Notes under the pieces: model-generated
The model's input: only the letters and a program-made list of their open reading frames with translations
The model's database searches: none
What the model was told of the DNA's origin: nothing
DNA from: Yuukianura sp. NJ FZ-2021
Lineage: Eukaryota
Assembly (NCBI GenBank): GCA_046563655.1
Contig: CM102287.1
Location: forward strand, 4,464,001-4,528,000
Reading direction: 5' to 3'
DNA length: 64,000 nt
Translations under genes and position numbers: made by a program
Shown here: positions 38,101 to 53,698 of the stretch, in pieces
How positions within the stretch are numbered: position 1 is the first letter of the stretch
How the letters are laid out: every line of letters begins with the position of its first letter

Positions 38101-41100
38101 AGGTCGTGACCTTTCACCTCTTTCAGGTAAACGGACAATGGCACACCCCGTAGAAACTAAAGTTTGCTCTGGAAGAAAGCGGAGGGAAAAATTGAAAAAT
38201 CATTGTGTGGCATTTTGATTTGTTTTGCAGATTGGATTTTTGAGTCCCCTGACACGAGATTCTTGTTCAAAAAGTGTTCGTGACCTTTTGGGCAATTTGA
38301 GCAGTTACTCCGGGGTCATCTCCTATCTACTTCACAATATTAAACAAAAACTTGACGTTTTGTCCAAGGTAGATTGAACTTTTCAAAATTTCAAAAATTG
38401 AAAAGTTTAGTACGTTTTTTTGAAATGTTGATTTTTGTTTGTTCTAAAAGTCGGCACTTTTCCTTGTTCGTGAACTGGATTTTGGGCAATGGATTCCGAC
38501 TAAAGCCGACATGCAACTCCTGTCACACTGGATGCTAAATTTTCACACCTTTTCACTTGAGAATCAATTGGCTCGTTTCATACTTCAGTCGATGAATTGG
38601 GACTTTGGTAACTTTGATGAACTGTTTCTTCTAGAAAGTGTCCATGCTCAGGTAACTTCTAATCCAGGAATAACAAATGAACTAAATTGAAGTAATTAAG
38701 TTGTAAGATTTATGTTAATTTTTATAAGGTGGCGCTTCTAGTGGTACAAGCACATTTTAAATGGGAGAGACCACAGAACGTGATTTCAGAAAGCGTGAAG
38801 CAGTTATCGTCCTGGGTCACTCGAAATCCGGATTTCACGTCCTGGACGTGGACTATTCTGGGGCGACTGCATCTCCATGCTTACGATCTTCACAAGTCAA
38901 GTGCTCCACGACTTGGCCGAATTGTTTCTGTAGGTTTTTGACATTATATATTTCAAAATGTTATTTTAATTAAAAAGTTTTCAAAATTTTGAAATATTTT
39001 CAGAGACTACCGACATTCGAAGGGAATGTGGAGTTGGAAGTATTGAAGAAAGCAGTTGACGAGAAGAATCCAGTTGCTTGTGCTGTTGCGCTGCTGATGA
39101 CACCAATAGGACACTCACTTCCGCTTGTTTGTTCGCAGGGCTTTGATTTGATGGAAATCCTCCTCCAGAATTCCAAGTTCGACGTTGTCATCAACTTGCT
39201 GTTTTTTATTATTCCACTGTTTGCGGGGTCAAGGGAGTCCATTGTTGCTTGCGAAAAGTGAGTAACTCTCAAACTTTTAACTTTTTGTCAATTGTGACGT
39301 AGTACTCACGTTTTTCTTGAATTTGTTGTAGGTTTCGAAATATTTTGACGACACTTCTTGGAGCGGACATGACTTATGTTCGGATGGCCAAAAGTTTGAT
39401 AACGGCCGAATTCCCGGGAAGTTTAACGAAAACTTTTGGAGACATGATTCATAGTCAACTGGAGCAACATTTTAGGTATGCCTAACCTAACTAACTTATT
39501 AATTAACCTAATTAAAAATGGAAATGGAGTCACCGAAGTATCTTTATAATGTTTTTTTACTTGCTCTGAAGATTTGGAACAACCAAACGGCGTCTAATTC
39601 TGCTCTGGTTGGATTTGTTCACGAAAATTCAAAATTGGAACAAAGACAACAACATTTTGTATCTTCTGGACGTAATCGCTGAATTTTCATTTTCTGAGGA
39701 CGCTGAAACCGAAAAAGTTTTTCACGAGTACTTTAGTTCTATGTACAAGGTAAAATTGTCGATTTTCAAAATTTTAAACTTTTTCAACTTTATAAAAACT
39801 TGTCTGTTTTGGGTTTTTAGGAAATGCCAACTCAAAATTCATCAGGAATTGTTGGATTTTTGTTCAATTGGAGCTACAGTGCGAGAACTATTCTGCCGAA
39901 TGCCAGTTATCCACAGATGCCCTACTTGGTTTATTTTATTCTCACGATTGAATCAGAACTAGAAACGGAAACAGGATTTTGGAAATCTTTGTCAAAATCT
40001 CTGGCCAATCCTAAAACAACACTGGAAAACGCAGTGAAGGTACCTTAACCATCCTTGTTATACGAAATCTAAACTTTCATTCTACATTTTAATTTGAATT
40101 GAACAAAATGTTAGAAAGCGTGTAGCTCATGCAAGTACTCAACGACTACGCACTACTTGACGATTTACCGTTGGGCTCAAAATGCTCTCGAACTTCCACT
40201 CAACCATCCACTACTGCTCATTTTCTGGCAGAAGTTTTTTGTAAAGTACTTCTACCGAGCAGCTCCGAGGTAATATTCATTATCAAAATTTTGAAAAGTT
40301 TTTGGTCATGAAATTTTGAATTTTGAAATTTTTTTCGCTTTGGTAGCGACACTGGAGGTGGAATTGGCGAACGCTTTTTTGAGGGAATGATTAACACTGC
40401 GTTTTTGAAGAAATTGAAGAAACGGTTGCATGAAACGCTTCAATTTTACACAAACGAAATGAACAAATTGGAAAATGACGCTGGAAGTGTCACGGAAGTC
40501 AACTCTGGAGAAAATACTGCGTTTATTTTGGAACGCCTCAAGAAATGTTTTTCGTAAGGCCAAAAAACAGTTTTTTAAATACCGTTTCAAAGTCAATAGC
40601 CTTTTTTCTGAAACCGGAACTTGAAAAAGTTGTTTTGAAAAGTTTCAATTCGATTGTACTTTTAAAAAAGTATACTTAAAAAAGTATTTTTTTGAAAAAA
40701 AAATTGTTTTTTTTTAAACAGATTGACCAATGGAATGACACTGTGGATTGAGGATTCCAGTTTTCATCAAGCATCGCTGTACATTCCAGCGCTGCCACCA
40801 CAGTACCTTCCAGTGCAACTCCACACTCTTGTGGAAGGAGATTTTGTGAGATTTTCAAAATTTCGAATTTTCGGAAACTAAAGTCTTCTTGAAAACAAGT
40901 TTTAGAAAACTTTTTTTTTTGTATCAAGGCCGATTGGACAGAGTTTATTGACATAGACGAGATTTTGGCAGACAAAAAAAGTAAACTGCAATGTTACTTG
41001 TGTCAAATCAGCCGCATTTCTTGGATTTCGCAACACACGAAACCGATTCCGAAACTTCCAAGTTGCAACTCATCGCAGGGAAATCGTGAAGAAGAGTTGC

Positions 41101-44100
41101 TGAAACGATTGAATTCTTATGACAAACCTGTTGACCCGCCTCCAGTTCCAACGTTTCCTCAAATTCTCCCGCCCATTACAAGTCCGATGTTTACCGAAAT
41201 TGAAGCAATGGAGACTGGTCTCAAAGGACATTTCAGAAATCTTCAAAATTTTGCACAGTAAGGATATGTTTTTGTGGATTTTGATTCAGAAAATACATAA
41301 TGGAATTTTGAAAATTTCAGACAATTTTCACTTCAAATTTCGAAACACACGGCGCTTGACTGTACTTACTGGGATAACTTACCTAATCTTTATACAATCA
41401 CTGACGGTGAAGAATTGGTTCAAGTTGATTGCTCGACTAAGAGGACTTACGGTTGCTCTGGGCCTGGACATGTCATTTTCAAGGTAAGGTCAAAGGTCAA
41501 GTTTTCGAAATTCAAATTTTGAAATTTTCATAAAAGTCGAAATTTTGAAAACTTTTATAGTTTAGTCAAGCCAGGCTGAATGAGCGCGTTGGACACATTA
41601 TTCACTCGAATCGAACAGAATACTACAATTTGATTAGTCAGAGCTTGGTTCAGCCTCCGCCGGTTTCAATTTCAGTAGGAGCCGTTTTCATAGAAGATTT
41701 CATAACGTAAGGTCCCAAAAAATTTGAAATTTCGAAAAAACTTTTTGGAAAATATGATATATCGTTGTTTTTTTTAGCAATTTGATTTTGTTCCATCGAA
41801 ATCTTGCTTCAACATCTGATGACAGAACAAAAGTATCAAAAATCGGAACTGAACTGTTCTACTTAATTGTGAACGAAATCACAGAAGATTCTAACTTTTA
41901 TCCACCAACGAGACAACTTTTTTCGTCGTTTCTGGAAGTTCTCGGTCACCAATTTTTAGAAAATGATCCAACTCAATGTCAACGTCTCGTCACTGCCAGT
42001 ATTGCTCGTCCAGGACTCGTTGGAACGCTGACGCCACACATGAACCTGCTCACGAGTTCAGCCGAAGCACTTTTACACATCTACGAAGACGTGATTCACA
42101 TTCCAGAACGAAATGGAGATTTGGCCTTTGTCATTTTATCTAAGGTTTGTACTTTTTCGAAAAAAAAATTCAAAAATATCAATTTTTGAATTTCTGAAGT
42201 GTCGATTTTTTGAAATTTTAGCTGGACTTGTTAGCTTGGATGAGAAAATGGAAACCGCGGTTGGTTGAAAGATCTCAGTTGATTTTTCTAATGTGGAAGG
42301 CTGCGACCGCTGAACCCCCGGCGGGAGAAACTAAAAATGCGATGGTCCATGGAATTTACCGAAGTCACTTGAAGTCAATGCTGCTCTATGATTTTCCACA
42401 ACACTACGGAGAAATTTTGACTTTGCTTTTGGAAGATTCCGAAAAAGGAGTTGTACCGCTTGAAATTTGGTACGATTTTTGTAATGGTCTGAGTCGCGAT
42501 GCGGTCAAATTCTCTCAAGAAATGGATCCGTTTTTGAGAAAACGTGAGCTGAAGAGATTTTCGATGGAGGTGGACATGCTGAGACATCAGGAAGTGAGAT
42601 TTCTTATAACATTTTAATAATATATTATCTATTTTTATATATTATTGTATATTTTAATCGTTTTTATGCTTTAGTTGATTGAGACTGCAGTACTACTAGG
42701 AAATCACTTCAAGAAAGAGCGGTTAGCCTATGGAGTTTATGGACTTTACCCGAAGTATCGTTCCTACGTGCATCCTTTGTCTTGCTTCCTTCAAATGATC
42801 TCATATTCGTTGATTTCATCTTCACTCAAAAATTCCAAAGGAGTTGCATCACAACAGAGTGAGTTTTTGAAATTTTTTGAAATTTTGAAAACTCGGAATT
42901 CCAATTTTATGAATTTTTAGTAGTAGAGGCAGTTTGGCCGTTCCTTCGTGATCTGTACAATCCATGGCTCTTACCTTACAATCAGCGCATGATTCAACAG
43001 AACTGTGCACAGTGGATTCAGCAAATGAACTCTGACACTGGAAGTGTTCTGCAACCTTGGATTTCATCAGACTCAAACTACGCTGCTCTCTTCATGAACG
43101 ACTTCACCGATAGTGTTCTGTAAGATTTGTATAAATTAAGAATAATAATTATTGCTAATATATAATATTATTTTTATATTATTCATTGATGATGATTTGT
43201 TTTCTCTTTCTCTAGTTTTTTGGCTGAAACACTGCCGGGCTGTCCAGCGTTGTTCTCTCACTTGTGGAATTACTACGCAGAGAACTTTGCGCATGTCACT
43301 GTGAAGGAACATGTCATCTCCATAGTCAACAACTGTTTCATCAGCATCCCCTGGGCTCTGTTCTGGCCAACTATAGCAGATATGGAATCCATGAACAAAG
43401 TAATTAACTACTTACAACTAAATTAACAATTTACAATTAAATTAATTTAGTTAAATTAACTACAACTGTTTAGTTCATTTCGGCTTGTTCGTGGAAAACG
43501 AGCGAACTCCGTCTGATCCACTTTGATCTCTGTAGGTTGTTGAAAAATACTTGCCGGCGTGTCACTCTCTCTTGGGCGTCATTTTTGCACAAATTCACTG
43601 GCGAGAGTGGGTGGAGCAACTGAACGGTTCCAACGGCAGTGTCAAGAACAAGTGCTACGCAATTCTGCTCAACCTCAGCGTTCATCTTGCCACGGACATT
43701 GTCGCCAGAGAGGTTACTTCGTAATTCACGTAATTTGTAATTACAGTTACATTTTGTAATTTAAGTAATTTTGGCTTGATTTCAGTCACCTACGTGGACC
43801 GGTGTGATGGAAGTTATTCAAAGTCTGAACTGGGATTATATTTTATCCAATTCGCTGGAACCAGTTCTCAATTGGTTTTTGATGAGCGTTGACCCCCGAG
43901 TAGTTTTGGGTCAAGATGTATCGCATAATTTGGACAAAGCTTCGTTCCAGTAAGTTTTTCAAATGAAAATTCCAGCTTGAAAATAGACTATCTATTAGTT
44001 CCAGTCTTGTTCCCACTCAGATTGATTCGAATTGCCTCTGGATTTGGTGCTGGGCCACTCGAACAGACTAAAATCAAAAGACTGGATCCACTTGTAAGCA

Positions 44101-45613
44101 AAATGGACCTGAATCGAAAGCGATACTTGTTTGTCCGGACCTACGTTCGACTACTGCTGTCCACTTCAACAAAGTACAAGAACCTTCTGCAGACGAATCC
44201 AATCGATTTCGAATCTTCCCTGCAAAGAATCCTGGATGACATTTCAGTACCAGTCAAAAATGAAAGTGAGTTTAAAGTTCGATTTTTTTTAGAAATGAAG
44301 ACAAATTTTTTGAATTTCTTTAAACTTTATTTGGTTTTAGAACAAGATCGTGCTGAATTCAGTCAGCATTTGAAAGAAGTAGTTGGATTGATTTCCAATC
44401 ACAGTTTGGGAACTTTAGCGCGGAATGCCACCATTTCTTGGTTTGAAGCCAACAAAGATGCTCCGCTACCGCTGATTTATGAAATACTGCAAATCACTTT
44501 TGCTGCCAAAGTTCAACCTTACACAAGTCTTCCGCTTCTGGAAGTTGGAATTCCGTTGGTATTTAGACATTCGAGTAAGTGTGAATTGATTAATCAAAAT
44601 TAATGAATAGCGACTTTCTAATTTCTTTTGTATAATGTACAATTTTAGGTGGAAATTGGAAAGCAGTTGCAGCGCTAGCAGCGGTCGTTGCAGAACAAAG
44701 TGAGCAAACGCAGTACCTGGACGTGGCTTCAAAGGATGGACATTTTCTTGCCCTCTACGCTTTACTTTTGAACAGAACTCACTTTTACACGCATGGTGCT
44801 CTTCAGGCAGTGTCGTCTTTGACTGAAATTTTGAAAAATTTGAAACCCAAGTAAGAAGATTCCAAAATTTTAAAATGTTTAAAACTGAACATTTTTTTGA
44901 AATGGGTTAGGGAGTCCAACGAAGCAGCGCTGCCACTGCTGTATAACTTTTTCTTCAAAATTTCCGTTGCGCTGCTGAACGAAGGTGCTAAGCACCTCGG
45001 AGGTCATCTGGAGAAGGCAGTCAAAAAGTTCTTGACTGCTTTTTGCCTTCACTTGACCTCAGTTGGAGATGACAAGCAGGGTTGGGTGCTTTTAGGAGTA
45101 CTTGGATTGACCAAATCTTCACTTCTGAGCGTTCGGTAACTTGACCTTTGACCTCGCAACTTGACCTCTGCGTTTGGAAAAAGTCTAACCTTTGTCGTTT
45201 TTCCAGGGGAAGACTGTTTGCGAGATGCTTAAGCGTGTTTCTCATGGCTCAACTGCCTGTAAACGCTCCCGTGAGGCTGCAAGCCAACGAGGGCGATCCT
45301 GTACCTGCGACGAAGTAAACAATTTTTGAAATTTTTGAATTTGGGTGTTTGAAGCTTTTTGAATTTTTGAAAATTTTGAAATTTTTTGCATTTTAGAAGT
45401 AACGCTAAACCTCATGGAGAGCTGGACTCGAGCTTACAGAAACTGGAAGAACTCAAAGGGAACAAACAGTACTCGGATTTGGTGGAATGCATTGACTCGG
45501 CAGTCGGTTTTATTCGGGATCCTTCGGAAACGTTGTCCTCGCATGGAAAGTTTATTCAGCTCCTGGTAGCTCAACTATTTACTGAACCCTTCCTCCTTGT
45601 AGCAGAATTTTGA
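35155..45613 (+). CDS. EPG5: Ectopic P-granules autophagy protein 5 homolog, 31 coding exons
   Basis: A continuous reading frame can be spliced with canonical GT-AG introns from MEKHKKKSRK (35155) to ...PFLLVAEF-stop (45613). Exon 2 is 35328-37036. Recognisable EPG5 blocks include WVMVDSDGEDD...DLIALLQQVPF, IYRWAQNALELPLNHPLLLIFWQKFF, LWIED...LYIPALPPQY and YGVYGLYPKY. The exact exon-1 donor (35203 or 35212) is uncertain. Confidence 0.92.
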
Positions 45614-46912
45614 AAATTCTGGTGTTCAATTTTTATTTAAAATTTTGATCAACAAGTGCCAGGCCTACTTTTAGAAATTACTAGACTGATTGTGATATTG
45701 AGAAACTAAGCATTTTATGGTGAGAATACAAAACATTTAAATTTTCAATTTACAATGTCTTTTTTTTTGAAAGTTTGAATTTCAAAGTAACCAAATGAGC
45801 GTGAAACGAGATTCGAATTTTTAAATTTTACTTTTGTTTTTGACCAGAAGTGTGACAAAGTCAGAACAATTCAAATTGCTCTCAATCTTGTCCCAGATGC
45901 GGATGAAATTACACAAAAAATGAAAAACAAAAGTTTTTTTTGTGCAATTTCAGGATTTGAATCTGCAACTAAAAAGACAAAACTTTTTCTTTTCAATTTC
46001 GGGTAAGCATGAGGCTGCAAATTAATTGAGTTGTAAAAACTAATTGTTGCGAATTCCTCGCAAAAAAAATCGCACTTTGTGCAAAACTGAAAAAAGTAAG
46101 TTAATTCCTTGTAAATTTTTTGTCATCATCCAAAATGATGAAGTGACCCGCTTCTTCTTTGTGACAATCCGCACCTTCTACTTAAAAGAAAGATGCAGAA
46201 TGCAGATGAGATTTTGAATGAAAAAAGAATCAAATGAATTTTTTTTTTCGTTTAGTGAGATGAAACATGAAACATCTTTGGTGATGATGGGGGGTGGTCA
46301 AATCTGTGAAAAGACGGATGCTGTATGCTGGCGGTGTGGCAAAATGCTCACCTTGACATGATGGACACGGTCACTAGTATGTCACTGTCACTCACTCTCA
46401 CTTCAACTGCTTCCTTCATAAGTTGAAGAGAGAGTTGGAATGAAGTCATTTCCTTTAATCGTTTTTTGAAATTATTGGTTCGAAATTTTATCAAATTTCC
46501 GGAAGAACAAGTTTTTATTTTATAGTGCTTGTATTTTGGCTTAATTACACCACAATTTCGTAATGATTACAAACAACTCAACACGATCAGAGTCACTTTC
46601 ATTCTTTTTTTGGCCAAAACAACTTTTATGGTCACTTTGATTGTTTGACAAGGGGGAAGTGATTTATGAAGTTTTTGTGTGGTTTTTAGTGCAAGTTCAA
46701 CAAAAAAGTTGTAAAAAGTTGGGAATTGGTGAAAGTGATTTTGTGCAAATCGAAAAAAAAAGTTATGTTAGGGTAGGAAAGTAAAATTTAGGAGAGCAGT
46801 TGGGCCAAGGACGCTGTGGGGGTGACTTTAGTTTTGAAGTTGGCGCTTTTTGTATGTGTTCGACCTTGACCTTGACCTTGGACAGTGGAGAGGGTGACCT
46901 TGACCTTTTGGT

Positions 46913-49251
46913 ATGGAGGTCAGGTCAATTTGTTGGAAAACTCAAGTTTTTGCTGTTTTGACGCTAGCAGTGTTTGGTTGGATCGCTGGAGAAGCTGCTG
47001 GACATCAAATGATTCCGGCAAATAGTGCAGGTGATTTTCAAAATCTGTTTTTTGAAATTTTTTAGTCGAAATTTTAAGTTTTGTTTTGTTTTTCAGAATG
47101 TGGTCAAAGTATTTTCTACAGTCATCGACAAGCGAGACGCAGAAGCGACAGTTTTAAATCCTCAAGCAGAATGTCGCGAGCCATGAGATGGGATGATACT
47201 GATAAGCACAAAGATTCCAACAGTCGGATTGTCAATGGAGAAGATTCTGTCGCCGGGGCATGGCCTTGGCAGGTAAAGTTTCTAAAGAAAATTTTGAAAT
47301 TTTAAAATTTTGATGAATTTGAGCGTGATTTTGCAAATTGACTTTCAATTTTTGTGGTTTCAGATTTCTCTGCAACTGAGACATCCCAGCATGGGATTTG
47401 TTGGTCACTGGTGCGGTGGAGTCATCATCAGCAATCAATGGGTTCTCACTGCTGCACACTGCATTTCAAAGTAAACTTTATCAAACTTTGTCACAAATTG
47501 CTTTAGCCTGTTTTGAAGTTGATGTTTTTGCTATTAACTCTTTGTGTTGACTAATTTGCAGTCGATTGTTTGCCCTTGGTCAGGGTATTTCCTGGTTCGT
47601 GATGGCTGGAGAGTACGATCGGTCAAGGTCGGAAGGCACGGAGAAAATGATCGGTGTTTCACGCGTCTTTGTGCATGAAAGGTTCAAGGAGTTTGACAAC
47701 GACATTGGTTATTACATTTTATTCAATGTTTTATATTTTATATCATTATTTATATTATATTATTATTATTTCCATTTATTTTTAGCCCTTGTCAAGCTAT
47801 CTCGGCCGCTGCAGTGGTCGCCAACAGTGAGACCCGTTTGTCTTCCGAATGACGACGAGGTAACTTTGTCTTTCAACACAACTGGACTCAAATGTGTCGC
47901 CACTGGTACATGAATTTTAACAAATTTCGAATTTTAGAATCAAAAATTCAAAAATTTTGGATTTTGAAAATAATGTACATTTTTTGAAATTGAGGGACGC
48001 AGGATGGGGAATGAACAACGCCAGAGGAAAACTTTCTTCCAAAATGCAACAGGTAAAAGCAAAATTTATAAAACAAAGTTTTGAAAGTCATTTTTTGTTT
48101 ACTTTCTCCAAATCTTTGTCACTCTAACCAGATACAGCTTTTTAAATTGGAAGATTGATGAAGTTTCATTGAAATTTTGGAAATTTCACAGTCGAAATTT
48201 CTCAAGCCTCAAATTATTTTGCACTAAACGTCAATTAATTGCAGTTTGGGGGAAGTGATTCCGTTTTGCCGAAAAGAAGTAATTTGCAGTTAGCAATTTC
48301 CTGCATTGATTCACATGAAATGAAGTAATTTCCCTTATAATGACACGGCTTCACTCAAAAAAAGTTTAGGAGAGTCATTTCACTTAACTAAAAGATTTCA
48401 CTTGAGGAAAAGACGTAAACCCAAGCATATGCCCACTTTTTAATTGTCGGTTCGATGAAAAAGTGACCCAGTGACCTCTGGATAGCATGCTATCCATAAA
48501 ATCAATTGAACTCAACCTAATTAGCCTAACTAACCTAAATCTTGGGTTCTATTGTTATGTTGTAGGTGTGGGTGCATGTGATTGGGCAGAAGAGGTGTGA
48601 TGAGTTGTATACAAAGGCATATCGAATTGGAATTAGAAATTTTCATGTGTGTGCCGGACCAACGGATGAAACGATTAGCAAAGGCACTTGCGTGGTAACA
48701 CCTCATAAACTTAACAATTACAGTTCCAAATCACGCTTCACATTTTTATGAAGTGAAATTTTTGTCAATTGAAATTTGGGTTTAATTTTTTTCATTTTTT
48801 TGTTTAGGGGGACTCCGGAGGTAAACTTTTGTAAACATTTTAATTTTTTGTTGTAAATTCTGTGATTCTGTCTAGTTCTGCAGAAATAGTTTGTGTTGAA
48901 AGTCAAGCTTGAAATTTTAGTTTTGTTTTTAAAAAAAAATTTCATAATTTTCAAAATTTTGAAACGTTTCGAAGGACCACTTCAATGCAACTTCCGTGAT
49001 GGTCGATGGCACTTGATGGGAATCACGTCCTTTGGATCTGGCTGTGCCAAACCTGGATTTCCAGATGTTTGTAATGCTAAAAAACAAAATAAAATTTTGA
49101 AAATTTTTGGAAAAGTTCACATGAAATTAGTGCAATTTTTGAATTTTTGTGTAATTGTTTTGGCATTTCCTTTTTAGATAGCAGGATTACGTATTACTTG
49201 CCTTGGATTCGAGGAAAAATCAAGGCCAACTCATTTCAGAAAATTACTTGA
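46913..49251 (+). CDS. Secreted S1A (trypsin-fold) serine protease, 10 coding exons
   Basis: Exons: 46913-47030 (signal-like [26 protein letters not shown]), 47097-47272 (CG...SR-IVNG activation site, WPWQ), 47364-47470 (TAAHC), 47562-47707 and 47786-47905 (DIALVKL), 48003-48052 (GWG), 48566-48694, 48808-48820 (GDSG), 48975-49070, 49178-49251. All phases are compatible and the catalytic triad is intact. Confidence 0.92.
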
Positions 49252-50132
49252 CTTTGATTTTGGTTTTCAAAGAAAAGGTTACGCAATTTAGTATTCCTAA
49301 TCAGTATTGTAATTAGTTCACTTTTTATGAGTTATTTTGTACTTAATAATTCTTAATACTTATTAATTCATAAATTATTACAGTATTAAATGTAAAATCC
49401 AATGCAAAAGTTTCATAAAGTGAAAGCTCAGCTCTTGTTACACCGTGCAAGTTCAGAGCCACCAAAAATAATCTGTTGGAGCATGTTCTTGACAAATTCA
49501 TTTACTAAACTATAGGTGCATTGTGGGACACGCTATCGCAATTACTTAAAGTTACTTTTCAAAATTAAAGTTGCAGTTAGTTGCTAACTACTAATTAAGT
49601 AATTTGTGCCAGTTTTTCATGAAAACAAATGAAAGAAAAAAGATTGAAGAACTACTTGGACAAGTTTCAGAAAAAAAGTTTTCTGGGGGTTCTTTTTTTC
49701 TTTTTTTTTGAATTACTTCTGTACTGAAAAATAAATCTGTAACTACTAATTCCAAATTCTTTGTAATTCTACATTTAATTGCCGTTTTCAGGTCATTTTA
49801 CGTGTGATTTGCAATGAGAATGACATATGACGTTTTGAAAGATGAATCATTCGCATCACAGATGATGATGATTTTGAAGAGGTTATTCGTCAGAAGATGA
49901 TCACAACGTTACATGTGACTTGTACACAAAAAATTTGCAATGTAAGCTAACTAATCGAGCTTGCAAAAAAAAAGTTGGAGAAATTCGCATTTGCGAATTG
50001 CAATTTTTGACTAAACTTGACTCATGATTTGCACATCATGCATCAGATAAGCAGTGACACTATTGGTTCAAACATTTTTCGTTTGCATAAGCCGCACTCG
50101 CAAGCGTGCCCCGCGTGGTTTTGAAATTTGAA

Positions 50133-50212
50133 TTTCCCGCCTTGGCAGAACTTTCTGGAAGTGAGTGAGAGAGTGTGTATGTGACGTCAGTGCAGAAGTT
50201 TCTGGATCTTTC
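50133..50212 (+). promoter_or_regulatory. Hsc70 promoter: two heat-shock elements flanking a CRE
   Basis: GAActTTCtgGAA (50148-50160), TGACGTCA (50182-50189), GAAgtTTCtgGATctTTC (50195-50212), and E2F-like TTTCCCGCC (50133-50141). Confidence 0.75.
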
Positions 50213-50282
50213 TCGCCTTGCCTATGCCTTTGTATGCACGTATGCACCGGTAGTCTACTAGGGCGTCCTCGTTCTTTCTAAT

Positions 50283-50935
50283 TCAGTATCTCAGCGAGTG
50301 AACACTTGAAGTCATCTCTTCGTAATTAATTGAATTCTAAGAATTCGAATTCCAATTAACTCTGTCAACACACTCTCCTCATCATCTAAATCGTAAGTAC
50401 CACCATACAGTTCAATTTTGGCCAAAAATTAGCTCGAAGTAGGTCATTTTGGGACAGTTTTAGTGATAGACAGAAAAGGCGGGTCCATGACCTCTTTGTT
50501 CTGGTCGTTATTTGTTCTTTGTTGAGGTTCAAGTAAGACTCTGTCTGCGCAATAGCTAAGGTTTCTGAGAACTTTAAAGGTCAGTTACCCTATAGAGAAC
50601 TCGGCGCTGTAACGACAATCGACGTAGCATGGTGGTAGCGGTAGCAGCAGCGGCGGACGATTCTTGTAGAATTAGAAATCACCAAGGAAACGTTTTCACT
50701 TTTTAAGTCTTTGCTTGTTGCTCAACTTGATACAAAGGAGAGCTGAGGAGTCATTCATAAAAGTTTTTAGGTCAGTTTTTAGTTTTAGACAATCGCCATC
50801 TTACTTCGCGCAAGGACTAGGCTCCTATGCTCTTGGAAGGAATAATTTAGTGGTTATTGATTGAACTCTAGAGTTTAGCGTAAGTTGGCTTCTTACTCCT
50901 GAATTTAACCAATTGGAATTTTTACTTTTGAACAG
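50283..50935 (+). other. Hsc70 non-coding first exon and 5'UTR intron
   Basis: Initiator-like TCAGT at 50283, donor GTAAGT at 50393, and acceptor AACAG ending at 50935, 3 nt before the ATG. Confidence 0.6.
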
Positions 50936-50938
50936 AAA

Positions 50939-53276
<2,338 letters not shown>

Positions 53277-53528
53277 GCCCCACCAAGTCTCCTAAGCCAC
53301 CAACACACCGCACATAGTTTTCATTTCTTACGAATAGATGTTAACTTAAGTTACTTCATTACTTCTGCTACTCTTTAGGAAAAAACACTACACTCTTACT
53401 ACAAAATACAAGTTACTGAAATGTCATTGTCTCAATAACATTAATTTAAATCGAGTGAAATTTTAACTGTTGTTTCTGTTCCATTTTTTCTCAAAATTTT
53501 GGAATTTTTGAAATCTGAAGGGAATAAC

Positions 53529-53534
53529 TTTATT
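53529..53534 (-). terminator. Polyadenylation signal AATAAA for the minus-strand precursor gene
   Basis: TTTATT on the + strand about 165 nt downstream of the stop codon at 53699. Confidence 0.5.
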
Positions 53535-53698
53535 TCTGGGGTTTCGGAAGAGGACTTTAACAGATGAAAAGCAAAAGATCGTAGAATTGACACTTTTTAT
53601 GTGTAAAGCTATAGAATTTTAGACTACACAATTGTAGGAAGGTGAGCTGCCGGGGTCACGCCAGGTCAAAGGTCATCAGAGGTCAAAGGTCATCTCAT

